A stretch of DNA of 64,000 bases from assembly GCF_009914755.1 (NCBI RefSeq), contig NC_060933.1. One strand, given 5' to 3'. Below are positions 13,290 to 29,937 of the stretch, one piece after another; within the stretch, counting starts at the first letter, position 1, and each line of letters opens with the position of its first letter. Under the pieces are notes generated by a model. The model made no database searches and had not been told where the DNA came from. It was given only the letters and a program-made list of their open reading frames with translations. This DNA is from the human T2T-CHM13v2.0 reference genome, Homo sapiens. A program made the translations under genes and the position numbers.

Positions 13290-13630
13290 ACATTATATTT
13301 CTCTCTATCTTCACTGCCAGTTCTCCAGTTAAAAACCACTATCATCTCTTACTTGGATTACTGCACTTTTCTCCCAATAGTCTTTCTAATTTTATTCAAT
13401 AGTCCATTCACACTTTTAAAAGTAACCTTTGAAAATCATAAATCTGTTTACTTCATTTGCTTGCTTTAAAATTCTCAGCACTGTCCTGGGTTACAGAAAT
13501 AAAAAGATAGATAAATAAATAAATAAAATCCTCAAGTAACTCCTCACTTAGAATAAAATCCAAATTCCTTACCATGGCTTGCATAGACCTAGAGGAATTG
13601 GCTTTGCCCAACCTTTCAATGTTATCTCAT
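13290..13630 (+). mobile_element. L2 fragment
   Basis: catctcttacttggattactgc...cacttagaataaaatccaaattccttaccatggc. Confidence 0.6.
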
Positions 13631-13774
13631 ATAACACATGTGTAAGGTATGAAGTAAGAACCTAATTTTATTTTTCATTTTATTTTCCTTGTGAAAAGTT
13701 AATAAAAAGGAAGCACCTTCCACAGTGTAAATCCATTTGTCAGAAATCCACAGACTAACCTCGCCTATTCAGAC

Positions 13775-14137
13775 TCCATTAGTCTGTTTTCCCATTGCTA
13801 ATAAACACATACCGGAGACTGGGTAATTTATAAAGAAAAAGAGGTTTAATGGATTCACAGTTCCACATGGCTGGGGAGGCTTCACAATCATGGTGGAAGG
13901 TAAAAGGCACATCCTACATGGCAGCAGGCAAGAGAGAATGAGAGCCAAGTGAAAGGGGAAAACCCTTAGAAAACCGTCAGATCGTGTGAGACTTATTGAC
14001 TACCATGAGAACAGTATGGGGGAAACTGCCCCCCGTGATTCAATTACCTCCCACTGGCTCCCTCTCACAACACATGGGAATTATGGGAACTACAATTCAA
14101 GACAAGATTTGGGTGGGGACACAGCCAAACCATATCA
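13775..14137 (-). mobile_element. THE1 (MaLR) solo LTR
   Basis: gagactgggtaatttataaagaaaaagagg...gacacagccaaaccatatca, with a perfect 5-bp TSD cagac (13770-13774 and 14138-14142). Confidence 0.93.
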
Positions 14138-14659
14138 CAGACTAATATGGATTTTAATTAAATTATGCATATTTGATTTAAAATCTGAATTATTCAACAT
14201 TATTTTCCCTCAGCATTTTAAGGATGGAATCCCTTTACATATTGAAATCCATTATTACTGATAAGAATTATGCTGCCAATTGAGAATTTATTTTTATAAG
14301 CAATTTTTATTTTCTAATAGCTTTTATAATAATTTTGTCTTTGAAATCATGACATTGTACTATGATTCTGTGATTTTTAATTTTTTAAATTTTTTTCTGC
14401 TTAAGTCTCAGTGTACTCTTTCAATTTGAGAATTTATTTTTCCTCAACTTTAGAAAATTATTAACTGTGATTAATTAAAATTTTACTTACTGGTCATATA
14501 TTAGATCTAATTCTGGCTTCTACATCCCTTAACTAATATTTTAATGCTTTCCACCCCTTTCTCTCTCAGTGGTACATTTCTAAGTGATTTATTTAGATTT
14601 ACTGTCCAGATGAATCTTATCTTAACTGTATGTGGTTTACTATTCAATATTTACATTCA

Positions 14660-14920
14660 GAATTTATATATATAAAATTATATCTAATCATATATATCAT
14701 ATATAGTTATAATATATGATATATATGACATCCTATATATACTGTATAAGTAATTATAATATGTAATTACATCATATAGAATTATGTATAATAGAGTTAT
14801 ATATAATGTATAATCATATATAGGATATCATATACATCATATGTTATCTTGTATATATTATATATCATATATTATATATTATCATATATGATATCTATAT
14901 CTCATATAATATATAAAATA
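14660..14920. repeat. AT-rich degenerate (TA)n low-complexity tract
   Basis: About 260 bp of atatat/atcatat units. Confidence 0.9.
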
Positions 14921-16049
14921 TTTTTGAATTAAAAAAGTTATGTTTATATCTAGACTTACTTGGGTTCTTTTCAAATTTTCTAATTCTTTTTATGCATTTT
15001 TTATTCCTACCTTATGAATTCTGTTCTTTATCTTTTTGAACACTTAGATAAACTTATTATAAATTTTCTTTCAGACTATTTTGTTTATTTCTAGTTCTAA
15101 GTATCTAAATTCTTCTACTTACTGAATCTGTGATTCTCTCCAACAATGGTTCATTCTGTGTGATTTGGATAAATTCACTATGAGCTCATCTTTATCCTGT
15201 CATTTTGTATTGTTTTGGCGGGAAGTCAAATATGCTCTGGACTGTGTAAGTGTCTTACATAGCAGTTTCCTAGTCAGCACTGAAAACAGGGTGTTTAATT
15301 GGCTCTTAATTTCTTGACCCCACACATTTTTCTAACACCATTTTGAAGTTTTCATTTTTCCCCACGGACAAGCCAATGGAAGACAAACCTTGCTGCTTCC
15401 CAGGTGCGGTGGATGGTGCTTTTCTGGTATTCATTTCAGAGATGGGGAAGTCTTCAGGCTTTAGGGAAGAAACATAGTGCTGGTTTTCTATGCATTTAAG
15501 ACATATGGATAAACAGTTATCCTTTTGTTATCTAACACAAAACCAAACTGTTAAGATTTCAATATATTTTCAATAACCTTTTGAGGTTGTTGGCAGCAGC
15601 CCTTGCTCACAGCTCTGATGTTTCATATTTTCTTCCTTTTAATCTCATGGTGATTTATCTCTTTTGGTTTCCAAATATTCTTTATCTTATCCAAGCATTC
15701 ACTTGTGTGTGGAGCTGCTTCGACCGTATTTGACATGTTTCTTGTGAAATACAAAACTTAATCCTCATGATATTTTAATTGGAATTGAGCTACAAATACA
15801 AAACATAAAATAGATACCTGTCACTTCCAAGAGAATGTTGCAGGTCTGCATTTACTCAATATTTTGTCTACACCCTCAATACATGAATAAGTCTTTGAGG
15901 TTTAATTTGTGCCAAGAAACATGAATGTCTGCCATTAACTTTCTCTGGACAATTTTTTAAACTATATTTTCCACCTGCTTACTGGTAATACATAAATACT
16001 TGTATTGTCTTACTATACTCTCAATTATTACATTTAGATATTACCCTAC

Positions 16050-16330
16050 TTGGAGGCTATAATATGAGTCCAGTTGGAAGAAAAGGTGTCTTGTAATAGA
16101 GTGGTAACAGTGGAAATGAAGAAAACCTCAGATTTAAGATATATTTATAAATTATGATTGAGATCACTTGATGGACAGATGTGAGGGTGATAAAGATAGA
16201 GATATCGAAGGTGACATTCCTGTTTCTGCCCTGATGTAAGGTGGAGGTATCATTGATGAGAGAAAGAAGACTGAGGAATGGGAGGGAGAAGCAGATGTGG
16301 AATGGGAATGAGAGAATTAGTTTAGTTTTA
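16050..16330 (-). mobile_element. L2 fragment
   Basis: Purine-rich L2 antisense pattern (gtggtaacagtggaaatgaag...agatgtgagggtga). Confidence 0.5.
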
Positions 16331-19094
16331 TAATAAACTTACACTAAAAACACTTCTTACACAATAATTTGTTATTCCAGTGAAGGAAAGTACTTTGTAG
16401 TAAGGCATATCTTTGTGAAAACAGATGATCCATAACAGGAGAGTAACTAAAGACAGCAGGGACGAAGGGCTAATAAGGAGGCCAAGGACCTAAACAGAAT
16501 ATTGGAACCTCCTCTCCCGGGCGGTGTCCTGATGAGGTGAAGAGGTCCACTCAACTTCTTTTTTGATGTAGCTAGAGGAACGATATTGAAATGACATTTA
16601 GAACACCCCATTTTCATATCTGACCCATCACAATTACAGACTTCAGTGATGAAAAAATAAAATTTATCTTTCTATACTCAAAACCTGTGGAGCAGGAGAC
16701 CTCACAGAAATAAAATGTCTAGTTGTTTGAAATATTCTAAATAGTTTTGGCAGTGGAGAAACATTTCCTTCTCAGTGGCACTCCAACATCTTCATGCTGG
16801 AGTCATCAGCTTAGTCATTAGCATCTTAACTTAGCTGCAGATACTTTGCATGTGAAGGAGATGGAGAGCATTTCTGAAGGTTTTTGCTGGATGGTCTGGC
16901 TGTGATAGAGTGTTGAATGATAGCCTGAGGCACTTCTTGTCTGATTTTGTGCATGGTCCTAATTAGAGAGGAACAATTCTATTGCCAGACAAATGTCTGA
17001 GGGATTAATAAGCCAGTTTTGGCTATTATCAGTGCAAATGAGCCACCTAAGTGACAACAGGACAGAAGTGTAGGCTACATTCTCCTCTGCCTTTGCCTGC
17101 AAACATGAATTTATATGCAGGCAAACTCTTTCTCAGTCTTCTTAAGGAAACCATCATGGAATGTGTGCGTTTCAAACTTCAGAGTTGATTTCTTTCCAGC
17201 CTAGGAGAGTATATAAAGTTACACTAAAAATGAACCTAGGAAAACAAAATCAATTCCACGATAGGAAGAGGAAAAGACCATTTCACTGTATTTATTGCTT
17301 TATTACCCTCCCTCCCCACAAAAAAAAAAAAAAGAAAGAAAGAAAGAAAAAAATCCACACCTCCTTGAGCCTCATAGGTATCTCTGCTCCAATAGAGAAG
17401 GCAGGAGAAAGGAATAAAAGTAAAATATTTCCAGTATAGCTTCCTTTATGGAATATAAGAACTTTTGGAAAATATAAGAATGACTTAACTAAGTAGCTAA
17501 TTCTACAAACATGTATTGATGTCCAACTATTAATGAGGTTTTTGTATCCCTGGGTAAACAAAAATGAGGACTGCCTCTGCAGTTAAGCTTAGGTATGTAT
17601 GGCCAGCCATTAATAAACTTGTAGAACCATACTTTGGGTGCATTCAGTCTCCTTTTCTTTCATACCGTTTATTTTCTTTTTTCCTCATTTTTTTTCATCT
17701 ATTCAATTATTTACCTTCAAAGTATCTTCTCAGGAAAAGGTTTGACAGCATTTAATGACCTGTTTAAATGTCCAGTCTAAAACAACTAAAATAAGATGAG
17801 GGAATTCTCCCCATGGTAATAAAAAGTATACATTTAAGTAAAAAGCCTACAGTGTTATACACATTAGTAAGATTGTTGTCTTAAAACAAGAATCGCTGTT
17901 ATCAACAATATTTTTAATAATTTTTTTTTAATTCTTTACTTGTGTTTTTCTAATCCGTTTCACAGGTAGCTGAAAGAGTAAATGTAATAAAATGCAATTC
18001 TAATCATGTCGCTTCTCCCATGAAAACCTTTCAATCGCATTTTAATGAGCTTAGGATAAAAATCAATCCCTTAAAGTAGCCTTTACTCAACAAGTATTTG
18101 CTGAACAGCTAACGTCTGTGCAGCACTGTCGAAGGTACTAAAGATATACCATGAGTAAACACCAGAATGTTGGAGCCAGAAATTCCATACGGCCGTTTTG
18201 GATTTTTGTTGTTGCTGCTGCTGTTACTAGTATTTGATAAAGTATTACAGAAAACATTAAAACAAGTGAAACTATGTACTAAGGAGCATAACAACAGTTT
18301 TCTACTGTTTAGTGGTTAAGCCTGTTTAGGGATAGAATCTGAAGTATCTAAAGGAGATAGAATAGCATAGGTCATGTAGTACCACTTCTCCCAGCTGGGT
18401 TTTTGGCAGAACCTGGAAAAAAAACACTCAAGTCTGAACTTGATGATGACAGCTGACACTACTGAGGTTCCTCTGTGTTTGTTCTTTTTCTAAAATAGTA
18501 CACAGAATGAGGCTGGCTCATCAAATTTTCTTTTATTTTTAGAAGTAGACAGTGAAGATTCAAACTTCTATTTCTTCTTTCAAGTAAATTTAGATTTCCC
18601 GGTATCCTGACTATATATAGCTATTTTTATTTGAAAGCACTTTACACTTAGTTATTCTACAGAAATATGTAGAAGTGTAGTGAGAGCACCAAGAATTAAA
18701 ATCATGACCATTGGTCTACAGCTCTTGATTCCATTTGGAGATGGCAGCTTGATGTTACAGTCAACTGAGGCCTTCCTAGTATAAGTTCCAAAAGTATGGT
18801 CCACCTGCCATCTAAACAAGTGCGTAACTTGATCTCTTCTCCTTCAAGGACATGTTTCAAAGCACAAATGTTAGATGATTGAGTATTTCTCGTTCATGTT
18901 TCTGGTGAATTATTTGCATATGTAAGGGCCCTCAGGATGGTGACCCCATTTCATAATTCCTCTGCCATTCCATAAAATCTAATTATGAACATCAATGATC
19001 CTGCTAAGGTTTTCTGGAGAGAGGGCACTCCACTTTTATGTGAAGTTGAGCAATTAAGTCTTCAGTATGAAGTGGGACTATATGGCTATTTTCT

Positions 19095-19300
19095 GCTAAA
19101 TGGATACATTCCTACTAGAGATGTGATTTTATCAAAGTCATTTAATCACATGATATCTGTGATATAATATAATGTGATATTATATCACATTATATCATTT
19201 TTTTACTATAAAATAGGGATGAAAATAGCTATCTTGTCAATTCCATAGAATTTTCAGAGGATAAAATGACATTAGGTTTATGAAAGTACTCTGTAACATT
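19095..19300 (+). mobile_element. MIR
   Basis: tgtgattttatcaaagtcatttaatc...ctataaaatagggatgaaaatagctatc...ggataaaatga. Confidence 0.6.
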
Positions 19301-20189
19301 TCCAGGAGTGGGAAGGATATGAAGTTGAGCCCCTCAGACTTGATGGGGAAAAACTACTCTTCATCTGTTGCAAGGAGATTTTGCCTCTCTTTCATTTGGT
19401 TTTCCTGTGGGATGTGTATGAAATTTCTGAGTGGAGGGTTAAAATAAGGCTTGCATTTTCAACTCCCATCAATGTTTATCACCAGAAATATATTTTTAAC
19501 ACAGACTCCTCTTTTACCAGAAAATATGTGTATTTAAATCTCTCTAGCTAAAGATATTAGAAAAAATTTTATGTGACTTTAAAATTAGCTCAGTTTAATT
19601 TTAGCTGGAGTTATTATCACAACATTAAATCTATTTGGACATTTAAAAAAATACAGAATAAGTTAAGCAAGCTTTATTTTTTTCAGCAAAGCAGAAAAAA
19701 AATCAAATCAGAGAAACCAAAAGACTTTTAAAAACAAAACATAAAATTTCACATTCTACTTTCAGTAAAATACTCCAGATGAGAGAACCAAATTGCTTGT
19801 TCTCATTTAAATAGCTCAGCAATACCTGAAGTAATACCACAAGCTTGTTTTTGTGCCACTTATCTCAGATTTGCCTTTTCATGAACATTTTTGAAAGTGG
19901 GAATAATGTCAGTGATAGCTTCATCTCATGTTCTGGAAAAATAGAGCAGAAAATTACCCACCTCTGGTGCATTGGTTGCAGAGCTGCCTAAATTATTCAA
20001 ACAAACCACAGCACCCATGCTTGCACTGATTTTTGAATGATTCTCTTTGATATGAGATAGTTCCCTACAGTGGGCACTCAGCTCTAATCTTCACTGCCCT
20101 TTATTTCTCAGAATTTTCTACTCTACAGTTCTGTTTGTACGTCACAGAATTGTAAAAGCCTTAGTTGATTTCTTGACTACCAGAATAAA

Positions 20190-21400
20190 TAGGTAAAAAT
20201 ATTATGTGTTAAAAAGTGAAAGTTCTACGAAGCAAAATAAAGCAGAGTAAGGGATAGAAGTAGTGTTAGGGAGCCAGGGAATACTGGGTGTAAGATGATG
20301 AGAGGAGGGGTTGTTTTAGATAGGGTGGTCAGAGAAGGTCACATTTATTTGGAGACATTTGAGCAGAGACTTGAAAGAATTCCTAAGCAAACTATGGAAA
20401 TATTTGGGGGAAGAACATTCCAGGCAGATAATACTGCATGTGCAAATGTTCTGAGAGACAAGGGGTGACTAGCATGTTAAAGGAACCCCAATAAGGCCCA
20501 TTTGGATCAAGTGAAAATGGGTAGCAGGGAGATGAGACTGGGGTGCAGGGAGCTGTGGGCATTATAGGCAATTGAATTTTACTGTGAGTGAAGTGGGGGG
20601 GTTCTGAGCAAAAGATAACAAGATGAGATATTTTAGAGCCAAGAATGACATAGCTGGAATTTTGTTTAACAAGTTGACTGGCTACTCTGTTGAGAAGAGA
20701 CTGTAGGGAGAAAGACTAGACAGGAATCTATGACAATAATCAAGGCAAAAGAGGATGCTGGCATGGACCAGGTGGTAGGATGGATGGTTTAAGAATGGTT
20801 AGAGGCTGGATGCATTCTGAAAGTAGGGTTAATAACATTTATGAATGGAATCAATATGGGGTATGAAAGAAAGAGAGAAGTCAATGATGATCCTAAGAAT
20901 TGTGTCATGATCAAGTGTAAGTGTCTTCAGATAGAAAAATTTCGGCATGTGTAAGAAACAGAATGGACAGAGAGACCTTCGACTAGTGTGTGAAGGGAAG
21001 AATAAAATATCAGAGAAAGAGAGAGAGAGAGAGCAGGGCAAGCTATTCTAAGTAGGAGATAGAAGACCAAAACAAGATTATTCTAGGTAGAAAGGAAAGC
21101 CATTTGAGAGTTTTAAACAGGGGACTAACATGAACTGATACATATTTTTTAAAGATTCCTCTGGCTTCTCTGTGGAGATTAGATATATATGAGCAATAGA
21201 AAGAGAAACATCCAGTAAGGAGGTGATTGCTTTAGTCTAAGCAAGAGAGAATGGTGATGTGGACAGGATACTAGCAGTGAGAGATAAAAATAAGTGTAAG
21301 GAACTGAGGTATGTTTTAGAGGTACATTCATCAGATGTTATTGATGAATTAAGGAGGACAAGGGAATTAAAGAAATTAAGATAATTAAGGAAATCAGTTC
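20190..21400 (-). mobile_element. L2 (L2a-like) fragments
   Basis: ttagatagggtggtcagagaagg...acatttgagcagagacttgaa...gaagaacattccaggcaga. Confidence 0.75.
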
Positions 21401-21623
21401 CCCTGATCAATTTACACTCTAGGTATCGTCAGCTACCATTTAATCAGAAAGACCATATTGCAGATATAATTGTCACAAATACCTCAGTTTTCTGTGTCTC
21501 CTGCTATACCACAAACTATGCCAATTGACAAAATGAATGTTAGAAGTGGGGTTTTATTGATGATATTAGTAGCTTATTATTATAAATACCAAAGTAGATA
21601 TTAGAAATAGTTTCCCATGAATG

Positions 21624-21850
21624 TGTGGAAGTAAAAGAAGACTACTCGCATGAGAATAAGCAAAAGCTATTTATTCAGAGCTTGCTGTAGCTCGGGAGCT
21701 AGCCACTATCATTTGCATTTGGAAGATACTCAAAGGCAGGCAGAGGGACGGGAAAGGTAGGCAGTGGGAGGAAAAGGGAAGGCTTCAGGTACGCCCTCAT
21801 TGGAGGTTGCAGGTGGACTAACTAGAAACCAGGCATCTTGTGTGATTAGT
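21624..21850 (-). mobile_element. ERV1 LTR 3' part (MER89/MER110-like)
   Basis: Reverse-complement similarity to the LTR at 31780-32197 (ttcagagcttg...cactatcatttgcattttgg...gcaggca). Confidence 0.5.
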
Positions 21851-22029
21851 TTATTTGAACAATTATGCTTTATGATAGTCTGCTTAAAATAGTTTCCAAA
21901 ATACTTTTTGGTAACTTACAACTTTAGACTTATGCTAAATTAAGTAATAGATAGTTATTAAATATCTAGATGATCTTTAAATAAGATTAAATACTGAGAC
22001 ATTGATTACTAAACATAAACTTAAGTTTG

Positions 22030-22331
<302 letters not shown>

Positions 22332-23006
22332 TTAAGTTTATATACTTTGGCTTCTTTTATAATATGATATAGAAAGGCTACGTATATTTAAGTATGTTGA
22401 TAAATATGTTTCTTCTTTGAGTATGCTTGATAAACATTGAGAAACTACTATAAGGAAGCATAGAACTATAACATTGTGAGATCAAATATCCATTGGCTTT
22501 GCTAGTCGGCTACAAAATGCTGGCATGTGACAGACAGTTTACAATTATCCACTTCCTAGTTTCTTCTGTGAAATAACAGTTACTAATAGTTAAAAATTAT
22601 GATCAATGTGTGCAAATGAAAGCACGAGAAGCAATAGGGGCAAAGGAAAACAATTTTCTATCCAAAATTTACAAGATACGTAGGATGTGGTTTTGTTAAG
22701 GGAAAAAAAAAAATCCTAAAATAAGATGAATGGTTGTACCAGAAAAGGGATGAAAAAGTGTAGGAGAAAGCCTTAATGGATTTGAAAAGCTATAAAGGTT
22801 TACAGAAAAGAAATTTTACTACTAGGGATCAGTATGGCTAAGATTTGATGTTTTTTTTTTTTTTTTAATGAGTTTTAGTATCAGTACTATACCGAAAGAA
22901 AACTAGAGTTTGTTTCCCTCTGTGAAAGTGACAAATATTTCTTAGATTATTGGTCTGCTCTTAATAAAAGTTTGTAAATAGTGTTCTTTACCTTTGAATA
23001 ATTCAT

Positions 23007-23422
23007 TGTATTAGTTCATTCTTGCATTGCTGTAAAGAAATACCTGACACTGGTCATTTATTAAGAAAAAAGGTTTGTCTCACGGTTCTGCAGGCTTTAC
23101 AGGAAGCATGGTGCTAATGTCCACTCCGCTTCTGAGTAGGCTTTAGGAATCTTACAATCATGACAGAAGGCAAGGGGGAGCAGTCACTTCACATGGCAAA
23201 AGCGGGAACAAGTGGGGTGGGGACGAGGGGCCACACACTTTTAAACAGGCAGATCTCCAGAGAACTCAGTCACTATCATGAGGTCAGCATCAATAAGATA
23301 GTGCTAAACTGTTCATGAGAAATCCACCCCCATGATTCAATCACCTCCCACCAGGCCCCACCTCCAATACTGGGAATTACAATTCAACATGAGATTTAGG
23401 GACACATGTCCGAACTATATTA
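23007..23422 (-). mobile_element. MST (MaLR) solo LTR
   Basis: tgtattagttcattcttgcattgctgtaaagaaatacctga...cacctcccaccaggccccacctccaatactggg. Confidence 0.88.
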
Positions 23423-24144
23423 TCGATCTAGGAAGTAAAGATTCTGTGTTTTATTAGAATAATTTCCTGTGCTTCATGTTGACTTCATTATGTTCTTGAC
23501 TATTTAAAAAAACAGAGTCTTCTCACTTGTAAAGGAGCTAGAATTTTTACAGTTATTTTACCTCCTATATTTGTTTTTGAAATCTCTCATTGTCACTTTG
23601 GTTAAATAGGTAGCAAAATCTCATTTCTCAATAACTCGTAGTCTGATTTAACTAACTGGTCAAACCTCCTGACAATAGTTGACATTTTGTCTTCCAAAAA
23701 TCTAATCCTAAATAATATTTTTTATACCTAAAACTGACTTGGGGAAACTGGAAAGTAATAAAGGATCTTTCTCCTTATAAACAGAAAGGTACAAAAAAAA
23801 TTAGGTTTTTATGAGATGCTGAATTTCATGGGAAGTGTTGTCAAGTAAAATATGCTATGCTTTCTTGGGTTATATTTTTATGGGTAAAATGTTGTTAATA
23901 TAAATATTTTAGAAATTATGCTAAATTCCTGAAAACTTATCAATGCTTTCACTGTCTATGATAGGTTCTAGCGCTGCTATGTCTTCTATCAAACTAGAGT
24001 ATAGTACTGTCAGTCATAACCCAGGGTTTTTTAAATGTATGCCACAGAAACAGCCAAATATATTTGTCAGTCCATTATTCGTGTAATGAACTTTCATTAT
24101 ATATTTAATCACAGGAATTTTTAGTCCTTTGTCATCCACAGATA

Positions 24145-24498
24145 CAGATGTTCCTTGACTTACAATGGGGTTACAGCTGATAAAACCGTTATAAGCTGAA
24201 AATACTGTAAGTCAAAAATGCATTTAACATGCCTGGCCTACTGAACCTCATAGCTTAGCCTAGCCTATCGTAAACATGCTCAGAACACTTACATTAGCCT
24301 ATAGTTGGGCAACATCTAACACAAAGCCTATATTAAAGTGTTAAATAGCTCATGTAATTGATTGAATACTGTACTGAAATTGAAAAACAGAAGCACGTTA
24401 TGGGTTATAAATGTACAATTCCTACTGAATGGGTATATATCTCTTTCACACAATTATAAAGTTGAAAAATCATTAAGTCATAAGTTGGGGATTGTCCG
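24145..24498. mobile_element. MER47A (TcMar-Tigger MITE)
   Basis: cagatgttccttgacttacaatggggttaca...taagttggggattgtccg terminal inverted repeats, flanked by TA on both sides. Confidence 0.85.
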
Positions 24499-24828
24499 TA
24501 TATTTTTGTTTTATCCTAATGCTTTCCTGAAAGTGCTTGCAATTAGCAACAGACAAGAATGCCCTGTCTTCAACAACAACAAAAAAACCTTCAATAAGGG
24601 CTTTTTACAGAGACCCATGGAAGGGACTATACTAAGCACTCTGGGACATACACTTCTGATGGCCCTGCTCAAATAACTTTGAGACCATACTGCTGGACTA
24701 AGTTAGAATTTCCAGATTTCCAAAACTCTGATGGAGAAGCTGTTGGGTGCATGATATTGCTAACCTAATATCAAGCGGACAAGAAGTAATTCTGTAAGAC
24801 TGAATGAAATGATGAAAAATGATTATGG

Positions 24829-24868
24829 ATTTGGAATATTACTGATGAATTTGGAATATTACTGATGA
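24829..24868. repeat. Perfect 20-bp tandem duplication
   Basis: atttggaatattactgatga x2. Confidence 0.9.
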
Positions 24869-25355
24869 TTTAATGTTCTATTTCCTTTTTTCTCTTTTAA
24901 GCTACATATAATTCATAAAAAATTTAGTAAATTATGATTTTGTAAACAGAAATGAAACATTTTTTTCTTCTTGCCTCCTGTCTCCAGAATTCAGAAACTC
25001 TTAAGTATTCTTATTTTCATGGCAATATAATTGTTTGCATAGGTTTCGTAAGAATCTGTCCTCCTGGTAACAAGCATAATTAGAAACATTGATTATATAA
25101 CCAAGACTTTCACTGGAATATCATATTTGAGTTTGACATGCACAGAATCAAATATGACCAGACAGTTTTAAGGAATGAAGTTGACTTTATGGAGTCAATG
25201 CGAACAAAGCCCTCTTGGGAAAGCCATCCGAATGCCTGGCTTATAGGATTCCCAGCCTTAGAGTTGAGTAAGGAAAGTCACTTCCTGGCAGGCCCAAGAA
25301 CATTAAAATATTTTGAGAACCTCAAGAAGAGAGGAATTCATCCAAATATATCTGC

Positions 25356-25508
25356 ACTGCTGGTGAAATCTGGTGACAAGTTCTTAACTCTACCTTCTTA
25401 ATTTTGCTTTGCTGGAAGTTTTCATAAGGAGTTTCAGATTGCACTTTTAAAAGCTTCTTCAGGCTAGAAAGTAGAGTTAAGAACTTCTCACCAGATTTCA
25501 TCAGCAGT
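25356..25508. repeat. 43-bp inverted repeat with a 67-bp spacer at the L1 5' junction
   Basis: 25356-25398 versus the reverse complement of 25466-25508: 3 mismatches. Confidence 0.92.
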
Positions 25509-25516
25509 ACATATAC

Positions 25517-28654
<3,138 letters not shown>

Positions 28655-29325
28655 GGTGTATATAATTACCATTCTTGCTACAATAATGTAAATAATCAAG
28701 CCAAATCTATTACTTGACTTATTTTGTGATTCAGGATAATTTACCACTTTTTTAAATGTGGTATCATCAAAAAATAAAACCTAACTGCCTGTGTCCTTAT
28801 TGGGACCCTAGGCTGTCTTTTAGCTGACCTTTTCACCAGGACCTGAAGAAACCCTTTGAGCTGAAGCCATATGACTTGATATAAACTTCAAATGACTCAT
28901 CTCAACAGTTGATCAAGTATGGGCAACTTGTATGTGAAACTGCTCTGTGTGGGCCACTCAGGGAGTTCACCAGAATTCCCACATCTTCCCTCATCTACTC
29001 CAGAAAATAAATATGACTGGACAATCTTACCAAAGCCTCTCTGATGTCTATGCCATCACTAAAAACATTCAAATTGGGAAATCCTTCAGATTGCTCCTGA
29101 TGTCCTCATTCTACCTTCTAAGAAGCCTAAAGCCCAGTGTATAGAAATCTTGACTGGCTGCCCTCTAGACTCAAAAATTGGTCTACTCCAATCATTAATT
29201 TTTGTTTTCCTTTTGATTTCCATAGAAATTCCCCTCACTAAATGCCTGATTGCTCATAGCAAATATCTCCTACTGCGAAGTCTCAGCAGATGGTTCAACT
29301 AGTCTTTTAATAACAGAAATCTGAT

Positions 29326-29937
29326 GAAATAAACTACATAAAACAACTTTCCTAAGTTGTTCAATGGGATACCTGGTTTTCTTTAAACAAAATGGACAAC
29401 CGATCAAGATGACCTTAATGTTCTCAGTTTGACTGAACTTTAGACAGGTTTCTTCCTGTCTAGGCACCTAACCTCCTTCTAAGAGCACTTATTTGCTTTA
29501 GAAAAGTTGTAATTGTAGATTATTTTCTGTGCCCTTTTTAAGATGTAAATATTTTTAAAAGCCTCTTCCAAGTTTTACAACTAGGAGTGTCTTTCTCAAA
29601 GACCAGAAAGCCATTGCTTTCAAAAGTAATCATCAAGGAAGATAGCACTCCATCTCCTAGGTTCTCTAGGAGGACAGTAGCTTAACTTTGTCAGGTGCCT
29701 TCTTTCAAGTTGTAAAATTACCCCTTGTCATGAAGATACTAGACACAGTTTTTTTTCTTCTTCTTTTGGGTAAAGCCAGTTAACAAAATCAACTGGCCTA
29801 AGATCAACCTAGCCGAACTCTTTGTTTCAGGAGAGTTGAGCTCAGCCATAGTTCTAGTCTCTCTACTCTATTGTAATAGCCTTGAATAAAGTCTTTTTTT
29901 GCCTGTTAAAGTAGCCAGCGCAGTTTTTTCTTTGACA
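29326..29937 (+). mobile_element. ERV1 3' LTR (MER31/MER67-like)
   Basis: ttgactgaactttagacaggtttcttcctg...catcaaggaagatagc...aataaagtc...tttgaca. 5' boundary approximate. Confidence 0.6.

Noticed and set aside
14660-14920. TA-rich quasi-palindromic tract
   Set aside because: Common degenerate microsatellite.
19167-19195. 14-bp-arm palindrome inside a MIR
   Set aside because: AT-rich and low in complexity, probably local slippage.
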